The notes under the pieces were generated by a model. The model did not search any database, was not told where the DNA came from, and saw nothing but the letters and a program-made list of their open reading frames with translations. A program made the translations under genes and the position numbers. A stretch of DNA of 63,999 nt, the filler included, from Albugo candida (Eukaryota), in assembly GCA_040437565.1 (NCBI GenBank). It is 37 parts of 37 records of this genome, joined end to end, with 100 filler letters (N's around TTAATTAATTAA, not from the genome) between each part and the next. Parts side by side here need not be neighbours in the genome. Positions count along the whole stretch, not along the records: positions 12,503 to 14,178 come from JBDOQK010000442.1; positions 14,279 to 15,952 come from JBDOQK010000443.1; positions 16,053 to 17,725 come from JBDOQK010000444.1; positions 17,826 to 19,493 come from JBDOQK010000445.1; positions 19,594 to 21,257 come from JBDOQK010000446.1; positions 21,358 to 23,016 come from JBDOQK010000447.1; positions 23,117 to 24,773 come from JBDOQK010000448.1; 30 more parts are not named here. One strand, written 5' to 3'. Shown in pieces: positions 12,503 to 24,517 of this stretch; positions within the stretch are counted from its first letter, which is position 1, and every line of letters begins with the position of its first letter.

Positions 12503-14178
12503 AAAAGCGTATTTGCCCAATTTGGTGGTACCAGATTCTGCGGATTCTGAACAACAAAAATTTCTTACTAAACAAGCACACAATTATACATTACTAAACA
12601 ATACTTTGTATCGTTGTAACTTTGACTCATATCAACACCGCCAAGTACTAAACAAATCTGAAGCCATAGAAGCTCTCTACAATGCACATCAACATCCTCT
12701 CGGAGGTCATCTAGCTTTCAACAATACATTGAACAAAGTAGCATCAAGGTATTACTGGCCACACATGGCGAAAGACGTTACTAAATACGTAAAAGAATGC
12801 CCCCGCTGTCAAAAACAAGGTAAAGCTTCTCTCACCGAACGTTTACATCCAGTTGCTATTCTCCACCTGCCTTTTGAACAAATTGGGATAGATGTGAAAC
12901 ACGTGTCTACCAGTAGAAGTGGATATAGATATATTGTCGCAGCTATTTGTTACTTGACTAAATATGTAGAAGCACGAGCATTAAGATTTCAGACTGCGTC
13001 GGAGATTACATTGTTTTTATATGAAGAAATTATTACAAGATATGGGACTCCTAGGATTTGCATTACTGATAATGGTCGAAACTTCGTTAGTACCTTGGTA
13101 GAACAAGTCTGTTTCAACTTCTCTATACGTCATCATTATATAACTCCATATCATTCCCAGTCAAACGGATTAATCGAGCGTTTCAACAGAACGATAGATC
13201 AAATACTGAAAAGAAGAACTGTTGCGGAGAAGGAAGATTGGAACACGTACCTTCCAAGCATATTGTTTGCATACAGGAGCATGAAACAAGCTACCACCAA
13301 GCAAACACCTTTCTATTTACTGTATGGTTATAACCCAAGGACCCCTTTTGAAGCTACTAAGGCTATGGAACCAACATCGTTAGCATTCGAAGCCAAACTC
13401 AGACAAAGGACTGTGAATCAAATTACAACTTTAAATATGGTGCGACAAAATGCAATCAAAAAAATTGAAAGTTCTCAAAAAGCTCAAAAATTAGCTATAG
13501 ACAAGAAACTGTTGGAAACAAAAAAATCGCTGAAACCAGGTTTTGAAGTTGGTGATATTGTAGAAAAATACAAGGATTTTAAATCTGGTGGATGGAGTGG
13601 TAAGATTAGTGACCGGTGGGAAGGATTTTATACGGTGATTGAATGTCTCAAAAAAGGAAGTTACATAATCCAAGGTGAGACTCTAGATGGTAAAATACAA
13701 ACAAAAGTCGTACATGGAAACAGTTTAAGAATATACAATGTCCCTAACGTCGGCTGGAAATTAAACGAAAACTATAAAAGAACCGTGATTGACGACACCC
13801 CAAAATCTACTCAATCAAACAACCCAAAAAAAGTTTATTTAATGCAAAACCCAAATTCTTCTTCTTCGTCTGAATCTTCCAATGGATTGGTAATTCGTGG
13901 TCGTGCTGGTGGTCGTGACATAAATGAAAGACTAGGACCGGTATCGGGTAGCGATGATAGTGATGTAACTCAAGGTGAGGAATCTGAAGCTCTAATGGAC
14001 GACGAAGAATTCTTAAGTCTTTTGGATATGTGCCCTCCAGTTGTAGCACCTAATGAAGTGACTAATGACAGTCCCGAAGATGCCACTATCTCTGAAGGCG
14101 AAGCTCAAGACGAATTGTTAACACCCATGGGAAGAGGAGACTGGTCTGATCCTGTGAAGCTACAAGAAATGCTATTCT
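12503..14178 (+). mobile_element. Ty3/gypsy integrase with long C-terminal extension (partial pol)
   Basis: HHCC zinc finger (HQHPLGGH..CPRC), D,D35E core (IGIDVK, ITDNGRNF, SNGLIERFN), GPY/F-like WEGFYTV. Confidence 0.95.
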
Positions 14179-14278
14179 NNNNNNNNNNNNNNNNNNNNNN
14201 NNNNNNNNNNNNNNNNNNNNNNTTAATTAATTAANNNNNNNNNNNNNNNNNNNNNNNNNNNNNNNNNNNNNNNNNNNN

Positions 14279-14448
14279 ATTATCTAATTATTACCACCGT
14301 CTCACTTATGCAACCTGATATCCATGGGTCAAGTATATTTTATATATATACTTAGACATAATATTCATTTTAATAAAGATCCATACTTTTTCACGACCGA
14401 TTGAATTTTCCGTTTATTTTACTTTTATTTATATTACTGAATTTAACA
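14279..14448 (+). repeat. 3' part of a 5' LTR (TATA, AATAAA, ends in CA)
   Basis: TATATATA near 14341, AATAAA at 14372-14377, ends TTAACA at 14448, followed by T7 and then gag. Confidence 0.65.
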
Positions 14449-14547
14449 TTTTTTTCAATCAGGTTTCAAAACCCTTGAATTACATATCTTTATTATTTTG
14501 AAAATTTTTTTTACACACACACTTTACTTGATTATTACTCACCTGCA

Positions 14548-15952
14548 ATGGCTCCAAGAAAACCTACTACTCGGCAAAGACGTTCGTCTATTACGACCCG
14601 AAATTCTAATTCTACGGTGAACAATAATCCTACTATTTCTTTTGGTGAAGTTATTGTACCATTGGCTCCTATTTCTGAACCACCTGTTGTACCATTGACT
14701 CACGTTTCTGAACCACCTGCTGTACCAAACAATAATGGTGTAAATTTGACTGATAATGAATCTACTCATGATGATGGTACTGATACTGTCAACAGCCATG
14801 AGGATGAGGGGCTTAATGATGACATTGACATGAGTAACGTTGGTGAAAACGATACCGATGAATCATCTTTAAGTAGTGAAGAACAAATTGATAGCATGGA
14901 AGAGGTGGAATCTTCCAACACTAATGGGTCATCATCTTCTATTGGGCATGACAATCATCAAAATAATCATGTTAGGACACTTTATCGTTACAACAATGAC
15001 TCCTTTAAGGCGTTAGGTAACACAATTGCTGGATACACTAGTCGAGTTGCTGAACTTATGGTTAATCTTACCACTCTCAACGCTGCTAATCCAAATAGTA
15101 ATGAGGCTAATACACTCCGTAGTCAATTTAACCAAGAATCTAAGGATCTACAAAATATGGTTGATACTCTGACTAGTATGAAGAGTGCTAAGGACATATG
15201 GGTAGGTGCAAGAGACAAGGTTCCCAAGGACTTGCCTAAATTGCAATGGATAGGATCCGTTTTCGACAAACAAAGTGTGGTATTTAACGATGCTAACGAC
15301 GCTTTGAGAAAATACAGAGATATCATTATTATGAGTGATTTGGATCCGGATGCTCACTGGCGTAGACTCTTACCTGCGGTACTTAGCCAAGAATTAAGTG
15401 ATAGGTTGGAAGACATTCCGGACAATATTAGGACTTGGAAAGAATTTCATGTTTACTTCTTGAACACCGTTGGTGTAGATAATGACGAGGAGAAACAACA
15501 AGCATATTCTGAATTGTTGGAAATTAAAATGGGCCGATACGAAAGTTTGCAAAAGTATCTGGATAGATTTTTTTCGTTGAAAAAACGTTCAAACACCAAG
15601 GATGGATTAATCATCACTGACAGATTTGTAAAAGGACTGGAACCCAGACTTCGTTCGAAAGTAAGCCCAGTAATTGATGGTTGGTCAAAGAAAAAACGGT
15701 CTTCATTTAGAGTGGTGATGTCTTATATTAAGAAAACAAGCTCCAAAATGCACAAAGATGGACAAGAATCAGAGGACACCAACAATCGTGGTGTGAAGGC
15801 TTGGAAACAATTTAGTAAGAACCAAGACAATAAGGATGATAACAATAAGCGAAGAGAAAGATTACAAATGTTGAAACGAAAAGGTCTTTGCTTTACTTGC
15901 GAAAAGGATTTCATCCCTGGGAAACATGTTTGTGATAAGAAGGATAATAAAG
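14548..15952 (+). mobile_element. Gag of an LTR retrotransposon (partial)
   Basis: VPKDLPKLQW, TWKEF, ESLQKYLDRF, FVKGL, knuckle CFTCEKDFIPGKHVC. Confidence 0.88.
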
Positions 15953-16052
15953 NNNNNNNNNNNNNNNNNNNNNNNNNNNNNNNNNNNNNNNNNNNNTTAA
16001 TTAATTAANNNNNNNNNNNNNNNNNNNNNNNNNNNNNNNNNNNNNNNNNNNN

Positions 16053-17489
16053 ACCAGAAACACGCATCATCCCAAAACGACCATTAAAGCGGCGACTTTC
16101 TTCAGCAGCAGCAAGAGCGGCAGGATCACAAACATGGCGAGAGTTAAATCCCGGAGCACCACACTTAAAACAATGCCCTTTAGGATACCAAGGACGTTTT
16201 CCAGCAGCACGATCTTGACTACCACCACCAACAGAAGAAGAAGCACCATCAGCCACAGGAGAAGAAGCAGTCACAGAAGCATTCAACAAAGCGGCATTCC
16301 CACGAGACAAAACTTGACAATCTTCAGTGTTGTGCTTGTCACGCCCATGTACTTCACAAAAAGCACCAACCATACCATGAGCACGAGATTTCCCCTTCTT
16401 GTTACGACTACCAGTAGATGACACAGCAGAAGGAACAGCATGAGCATACCTCGACTTGTTCGTAGAATGATGAAGATCATTATGAGAACTACTACGAGAA
16501 GAAGAAGCAACCCCAGAAGACGAAGAAGAAGAAGAACCCATAGGTAGAGAAGAGGCAGGCACAGACCCAGGAACAGAAGACATACCACCATCATACAAAT
16601 CATCGTACAACTTCTTGGCCAAGTTAGTGACCGCATCGACATTCAACTTGTCAACAGTAGCCATGTTAGCTTTAGACACAACCACCTTTTCACGAAGAGC
16701 ACGAGGAAGAGCACGCAAAAACTTGTCAATCAGAACAGAAGAAGGCGACACCTGGTCGACAGCACGACGACGAAGATCATTAAAACGATCAATGAAATTG
16801 ACCAAAGATTCACCGTTATTCATAACAATGTTCACCAATTCCACAGCACAAGCAGCACGATCTTCATCCACTGTACGACCATAACGACTCGTAATAGCAG
16901 TCTTGAAATCAGCCCACGTAGGAGGAGCTACCTTGACATCGTACTGAACAACGAATTGTTCATACCAAGTACGTTGAGAGTCAGAAAGTAACTGGGGCAC
17001 CAAACGCAAAAAATCAGCATCCAAATCCAAACCATGTGCCAACAACACATCTTCAAACTTGCGCAAACAAGCAGAGACATCAACACAAACAGAAGCAGAG
17101 TGATCAAAAATTGCATTTTCCCACTGAAAGAGAGGCAAATTACGGGGACAAACATTTGACTGTTGCTTGACAACAGGAGCAGCAACCGGGGCAACAACAG
17201 GAACAACAGGATTAGTAGCAGAAACAACCCTTTGAAGACGAAGCACCGAGACAGACAACCTTTCTGTACTTGTTTCCAGTTCGACATACCTTTCACTAAG
17301 TTCAATACGGGCCTCAGGAGTCAACGAAGCATCATCTAACTTGACAGCAATAGACGAAGTTTCACCAGAGTTACGTTCGATCAAAGCCAACAACTCAGCA
17401 ATAGATTCAGCAAGAGACTTAGGAACAGAATCAACTTCCATGGCATTAGAAGAAGAACCAGAGTTAGAGTTACCAGAAGGAGTAGACAT
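16053..17489 (-). mobile_element. Gag of an LTR retrotransposon related to 14548 (partial)
   Basis: CPRNLPLFQW, TWADFK, ESLVNFIDRF, FLRALP, CEVHGRDKHNTEDC and CFKCGAPGFNSRHVC. Confidence 0.9.
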
Positions 17490-17557
17490 TTTAAGGTAAG
17501 TAAAAAAAATAGAGTAGATAGAATAAAAGTAAATAAGCTTGGCTTGATTAAAAAAAG

Positions 17558-17725
17558 TGTTGTATATTTTAAATAAAAATACACAATAAAAAAATTAATA
17601 AAAAAACACAAGTAGAAAAGTAAATCAAAATAAGTAATCAGCTATGCTGGTAGGAAATAAAGATATATTCAGAATGAATTAACCCTTTTACTTTTATTCA
17701 AATAAGACACATATATATAGTAGTT
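17558..17725 (-). repeat. 3' part of a 5' LTR
   Basis: Minus strand: TATATATA near 17715, AATAAA at 17693-17698, AATATA at 17664-17669, ends CAACA at 17558, then C-T7. Confidence 0.65.
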
Positions 17726-18989
17726 NNNNNNNNNNNNNNNNNNNNNNNNNNNNNNNNNNNNNNNNNNNNTTAATTAATTAANNNNNNNNNNNNNNNNNNN
17801 NNNNNNNNNNNNNNNNNNNNNNNNNATAAATATATGTTAGTAATACAAGATTATAACTCCTCCTAAAAGTATATGATTTGATATAAAAAGGAACACTATT
17901 CTTTTACCATGAAAGCTCTCCATCTAAAAATAAAGGATAATAGAGACTCATTTCTTACTTCGTTTATTTTAAGTTATTTTGTTATATAAAACCTTTTTAT
18001 TACAAATTATTACAGTGTGGATGCATAATTAAATGGAAATCATCATTTTTGAAGCACAACTTTCAAAATTAGTTCGTTGTAGTAAAAAACAACCCTCGTA
18101 ATCATACAGTTGATAAATCCATTTACTGTGTACACTCACAAGTCTGTAAAAAAATTACTCAAGAGCAGCATAAGATGATCGGTAAAATGCTTTATAGCGA
18201 AAGTGAGGAGACAAATAATAAATGTAAACTATGGGGACAAATAGTAAAAATGAGCAAAGGACAAATAGCAATACCCTTTATTATACTAAAAACCTTTTTA
18301 ACATCACATACTATATTATTGCCTCTACCCTTTGCTAAACCAATAACCATAATGCATCATATATAATATTTGAAGTAAGTGTAACTCATATTTAAAGAGA
18401 ATCAAATTCCATATTGCATACAAAAGAAGTTTTTGTCTCTTTGTTTATAACACCTTGATGCACTAGATGAGAATTTTTAAACCATAGCCTTGGCTGTGTA
18501 AACCAGGTTATAAAAAAAATTTCCATGGTGAAGCAAACGAGATTTTCATTTCTGTTAAAAACCAAAATTTCCTGGCTTGTGAAAAATGCCTTGACGTACA
18601 GTGCGTTCACCCTCAATTGCATAACATGGTCGCAGTTTAATAATCGATTGCTCGTTTCTTCGAGACTCATTAGGCAATAAATTTGGTCAATTTTTTTAAA
18701 ATTTATTTTATTATGTTTTATGTAGGCATGTTATTTCGACAGTTATCAAATTGGCTAACACAGAATGCTGGATAAACCCTCTAATGCTCTGAACTAGAAT
18801 AGCTTCAACATATTTGATGATACATGAAGAGCTTTGGCGATATCTGAAAAGCAATATACATATGACGCTACTTGGCATGCGCCATGAATCCAAAATAATA
18901 TTTTTCTCCGATCATCTACCACTGTAAAAAGAAATAGTAAATAAGGGTACTTTTGTAAGCTTTGGTGTCTTAAAGTTGCATTTGACTTA

Positions 18990-19493
18990 CCAGGTAACAC
19001 TTTCACTAAGGACGTACCAAAAGGCACTACAACAAGTAGCCGGCTTGAAGATTCTTACATTACAATGTTTACTATTAATATAGCACTATTTCATAAACAA
19101 ACAAGAGCTAGTGAAACTGTTGCATTTCGTGATAATTGCGCTACTCATCTAGACTGCTCAGCAACGTATGAATTTCAGGTGAGCTAGCCGTACTCCATTG
19201 CACAGTCGCGTTTTCACTAAAGGAGACAACAAGCAGTCGACCGGTTGACCCTTACATTATCACCAAATGCAACTTAGCGATGTATCAAAAATATTCAAAC
19301 CACTGGCATTGAAAAAAAAAGTATTAGTAACAAGTTCATTTGTGCCATATAAAATGTATCTTATCTTTTAGTGAGCAATAGAATAAAGCAGTTTTGTAAT
19401 TACGCTACTCGTGAAAACCGGTAAGCAATGTATGAATTTCAGGTGACAAGCCGTACTCCATCGCACCAGGTAATACTTTCACTAAGGACGTAC
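18990..19493. repeat. Diverged tandem repeat with ~215-265 bp units
   Basis: CAGGTAAYACTTTCACTAAGGACGTAC at about 18991 and 19467; GTATGAATTTCAGGTGA..GCCGTACTCCAT at about 19166 and 19430. Confidence 0.7.
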
Positions 19494-19593
19494 NNNNNNN
19501 NNNNNNNNNNNNNNNNNNNNNNNNNNNNNNNNNNNNNTTAATTAATTAANNNNNNNNNNNNNNNNNNNNNNNNNNNNNNNNNNNNNNNNNNNN

Positions 19594-19722
19594 AAGACCT
19601 ATAAATCAATCACTTTCGAATCCTCCCTCAAGTGAGCAAGTGTTCTCTGCTTCGTTCTCTCCGGTCTCTCCGCTTCGTTTTCTCTTCGCCTCGCGCTCAA
19701 GTTACAACAGGTTATGAGCCCA
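19594..19722 (+). promoter_or_regulatory. Copia 5' LTR end (to 19709) and primer-binding site
   Basis: LTR ends ACAACA at 19709, immediately followed by GGTTATGAGCCCA, matching the copia-type GGTTATGGGCCCA site for internal tRNA-iMet priming. Confidence 0.85.
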
Positions 19723-21257
19723 AGCGCCATGTCCTCCAGCAACACCTCGGCCAGTGTCTCCATCGATAAGTTCGATGGGGACAACTACTCAACCTGGTGT
19801 CGCTACATGCGCGGCGTGTTTCTGACGAAGTCAGTCTGGCACGTCGTGAACCGCGAAACGTCTCCAACCTTCACCGACCCGCGAGCTTCCGACGAGTACG
19901 TCAAGGCGAGCAACATCGCGTTCGGGTTGATGTTGCTCCACATGGACGCCGACTACCACCATGTGGTCGACAACTGTGAAGAAGCATGGACAGCGCGGTC
20001 GCGGTTGAAGATGCTCTATGGTGGGTCGCAGAAGGCGGGACGCATCTACCTCAAGCGCCAGCTGTTCAGCATCAAGATGGCGGAAGGTGCCAACGTCTTG
20101 CACCATTGCAACGAAGTCTTGAACATCGGCGCCAAGCTCAGCAGCATCGGTGCCAAGATGGAAGACGAAGACATTGCGATCTGCTTGCTGCTCAGTCTCC
20201 CGAAGAGTTTCGAGAACGTGGTTCTGAACTTGGAGATGAGCAATGCAGAGCTGCGCACGCAAGATGTGGTCAAGGTGCTGACTAACGAGCACATCAAGCG
20301 ACAAGGCGAGAAGATGACGACGGCAACGACAACGGTGAAGACTGAAGATGCGACAAAGGCATTCAGTACCGAGCGCAAGCCCTACCAATGCACATACTGC
20401 GGCAAGGTGGGGCACACGGCAGAGCGTTGCTGGACGAAGCAAAAGGATGAAAGTCGAGGAGCCCAACGCGGCGGCAATGGTCGTGGACGCGGGGCAAACA
20501 ATGTCCAGTGGCGACATTATGATCAAGGCAACAGCTACGATCGAGTGGCGTTTGCAGTTTCGTTCGAATGCGGAGTTTCGACGAACAAGAATGGATCAGG
20601 AATGTGGGCCGTTGACAGCGGGGCAACACATCACATCTGCCACGACAAGTTCAAGTTTGCAAGCTTGGTCGAAGGCAATGATGGCGAGATCCTAGTGGCT
20701 GATGGCAACAAGGCATCAATCAAAGGTGTGGGGACCATCGTGGAAAAGGTGATTCTGCCAAACGGGGAAGAGCGCGAGATCGAGATCAAGAACGCGCTCT
20801 ATGTGCCCAGCATGAGCAAAAATCTGCTCTCGGTGCCGCAGATTAACAAGCACGGCAACTTCCAAGTGGTGTTTGACGGGGATACGATGTACGTCGCTCG
20901 CAAGGATTCCAATCAAGTGGTGGCAGCTGCGGATCTTGTAGACGGACTCTACTGGCTTCGCACGACGCAGCGATCGGCCAATGCGACATCACGCAGCAAC
21001 GCTGTTGATCTACATGCGCGAATGGGCCATGCTCCGGTCGACGTACTTCGCAGGATGGTGACAAGCAACATGATCAAGGACGCTCACATCCCTTCCAAGC
21101 CGAGTGGATCAAGTGTGTGTCGAGGATGTCAAGAAGGGAAGATGGTCCAAAAACCATTCCCGAGCAACCGTGACAAGCGCACCTACAACACCTTCGAGAT
21201 GATCCACTTCGACATCTGCGGACCCATGGAAGAAAAATCTCTGGGTGGCAGCAAGTA
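19714..21257 (+). mobile_element. Ty1/copia gag-protease-integrase start, oomycete-type
   Basis: [65 protein letters not shown]-rich codon use. Confidence 0.96.
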
Positions 21258-21357
21258 NNNNNNNNNNNNNNNNNNNNNNNNNNNNNNNNNNNNNNNNNNN
21301 NTTAATTAATTAANNNNNNNNNNNNNNNNNNNNNNNNNNNNNNNNNNNNNNNNNNNN

Positions 21358-23016
21358 ATTCAATGGTACAATCAAAAGCATGCTTCGTAAATATGTTCAA
21401 GGTGCAATCAACCGGTGGGACGAATTCATCGATACTGCATTATGGGCTGTTCGTGTGACAAAGAACGCTACTACCGGCTATTCTCCTTATTTTTTGGTAT
21501 ATGGTCGTGAACCAAAGCTGCCTGGTGACTCCACTATTCCTTTTATTAGTAAAGAAGCTTTAGCAGATCCCAAAACTATAGCTGATATCACTGCAAGAGA
21601 ACTCGCTGATATTGGTCAACATAGGGCGGCAGCTGAAGCAAGAATGAAAGCTGTAAGTGACAAAGATAAACAACGTTGGGACGCACTTGTTCAACCTACC
21701 TCGTATGAAGTTGGGGACATGGTGATGATTACGCATGAAGATCATTTTGGACTGGAACCCAAGTACAAAGGCCCTTTTATTATAACGCAAGTCTTTGATG
21801 ATTATGGTACATGTCAATTGGAATCCATTGAAGGTCAAAAGCTTGAATCTCTTGTTCACAAAGATAGAATGAAACATGCAGAAGGACAACGACCAGAAAC
21901 AACTTGGTACAACCCCACAGCATCACGTAGACAGGTGAAGGCAATTACCGGTGCAAGAAGTGGCCGAGGAGGGAAGGCGTGCAGTACTCGTGTTGCTTCT
22001 CGTAGTATTCCTACTGTTGAACGAAATGTTAGTCAACGGCCCGAGTATTATAATTTTGATAATGAAGAAATACCTCCTACTAGTACTCCTGATGCTTCCA
22101 GTCCTAGTGTTTCTAGTCCCAATAGTAGTGTAACTGGTCCTCCTGAAGTCACTGATACAATCGTAAAAGAAGATGATACTGTGATGGATCCCCCTGATGA
22201 TGAAACAATGTTGGATTCCTCTATGATTCCTCAAGGATTCTCTACTACTGCTCATGGTGATCCTATAATTGGTGTTGCTGATGAACGAGAATCTGAACCA
22301 GATTTGGATATGGCTACTGGTAGTGATGAGGATATTCAAGTTGATATGGATATGATGACTGGTAGTGATAATGATATTCAAGAAGAAAAAAGTGAAAAAG
22401 GGGAAAATATATTGGAAATAGAAAATATATTGGAAAATAACGAAGATATTCCCACACCAATTAATGAGCAGTTTATCAATGATGTAGACATTAATATGGA
22501 AACTAGTTCAACACAACAAGAATCAGTTGATGAAAAATTAGCTTTTGATGATCTCCTTACTGATGGCACTACTACTCCAATTAATCAACAAGAAATTAAT
22601 GATGAAAATGAAGTGATTGAAGAAATTATTGATGTTAATGATTATAATGATGAACCGCAAAATGGTGTTAATGATAATAATCAACAACAGAATGATGCTA
22701 ATACAATTAATCAGCAAGAAATAATTAGTGATGATATTGAACAACAGCAATCAAGCAATTCTAATGAGCAACAACAAAATACAACTAATAAATTGGATTT
22801 CGATTTCACTTTTGAAAGGGCTGTAGATAATAATTCTGGAAATACTACTACTACTTCTGGTTTGGCTGAGGCCTCATCTTCTACAAGATCTGATATAATT
22901 AGTGATCCACTACCTTTTAGTGGTGATGTACAGAGTCGTACATCTTTTTGGGGAGGAGATGATGTCAGGCAAGTAGAACATCCACCTAAACTACATATAA
23001 AACCTAAATTCAAACC
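21358..23016 (+). mobile_element. Ty3/gypsy integrase C-terminus with long acidic tail, polypurine tract and 3' LTR start
   Basis: WDEFIDTALWAVR, TGYSPYFLVYGREP, LEPKYKGPF, VHKDRMK; purine tract GGGGAGGAGATGA at 22950-22962, then TGTCAGG at 22963. Confidence 0.9.
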
Positions 23017-23116
23017 NNNNNNNNNNNNNNNNNNNNNNNNNNNNNNNNNNNNNNNNNNNNTTAATTAATTAANNNNNNNNNNNNNNNNNNNNNNNNNNNN
23101 NNNNNNNNNNNNNNNN

Positions 23117-24517
23117 TCTTTCAGCACTTTTCAAATAATTTAATCGGCATTGCTCTACTTTTGCATACATATCAACCAAAAACTGCTGGAAAAGGTTACC
23201 AAATAGGTGAAGGCAATTGTTGTCATCTCGAATCATAAAACGATATGAATAATATCTCATAGTACTAACTTTTTTTTCTCCTACTGTAGACATGGTAGAA
23301 ATACACCATCCTGGTTGACCTGTAGGGAAGAGAAGTACGTAATTCATTGGATCGTAATTTTGATTTAGTTCTCCTATTCTTTTGAATCCACCAATAGTTG
23401 GTTTAACGATGATATCTCTACTTGATCCTTCGGCAGAAGCTCCGTCATTTTGATTTGAATCAACAATTAAAATACCAATCTCAGTGGATGAAGACGTAAC
23501 AGTATTATAACGTCTTTGATCAGGAGATCCTTCAGCTTGAAATACTAATGATACATCAGCAATATTATTACTATCACTTGATTGAAGGTAATCATTGAAA
23601 ACTTTAAAATCATGAACGTATGGGTTTATGTTATGCATCATAGTTTGTAACTCTCTTAAAGTATCAATATTTAAAAAGTTATTATGAGAATGTCTATTTC
23701 TAAGTTCATTACTGGAATCATGAATATAAATTTGGGCAAACTTCGGGGTTTCCCCTTCTGATGGATTCAGGCTGCCGATACGATGATAAATGCTGCCATG
23801 AATTCTAAAACAATAAGCTCCTCCACGTAAATTAGCAACTGATTGATCAAGGTTACATCCAAGCGATGTAAAACCCAAAGCACTGTTATAAGCTCTAATA
23901 TTTGTTTTGAACTCAATGCTTTTTTCATCTGAACCTTTCAAAAGTGTCGAAATTAAACTTGGTGAATCTCGTAAATTTTCAGGTACGTATTTTCCTTTAC
24001 CACAGCATATAGAAAACAAAGGCTCACTATTAGTTCCTCCTGTTCTCTCTGTTGCCCACATTTTTGCTCCACAAACGCTACATTGCTGATCCATCCGTCC
24101 AAGATCATGACGTTCTCTAAATGATGGTGTTCCTCTTCTTGCCATATTATGAGTGCTGTTGTTGGGACAGTTAGGGCTGTTTGAACGATGACCCTCATTT
24201 CCACAATTAGTACATACGATAGATCTTATTTCAAAATTAGGACAACTATTACTATCAGCACGGTGACCCTCATTTCCACAACTTCTACATGTAATAGTTC
24301 GTGGTTCAAAATTAGGACACGTACGACTATTAGCACGATGGCCGACATTTCCGCAGCTGGTACATGATCTCTCTACGTAATTAGCACAAACTCTACTATT
24401 TGCACGATGTCCTTCAATTCCACAACTTCTGCAAGTGATTGTTTGTTGACGATAATATGGACAATGTCTACTTGAGCTGCGGCGGTGTGTTGTACCAAGA
24501 CAACTTGAACAACGCAT
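23117..24517 (-). mobile_element. Helitron RepHel N-terminal region with five zinc knuckles
   Basis: LGRMDQQCSVCGAKMWATE, CCGKGK, NIRAYNSALGFTSLG, FRIHGSIYHRIGSL, PKFAQIYIHD, YDPMNYVLLFPTG, LFQQFLVDMYAKVE. Confidence 0.95.

Noticed and set aside
12503-17725. Integrase and two gag genes side by side as one composite element
   Set aside because: They lie on separate contigs ordered only by length.
19831-20526. 231-aa antisense ORF in the copia element
   Set aside because: Expected shadow of a GC-rich coding strand; no motifs. The same applies to most short overlapping ORFs in the track.
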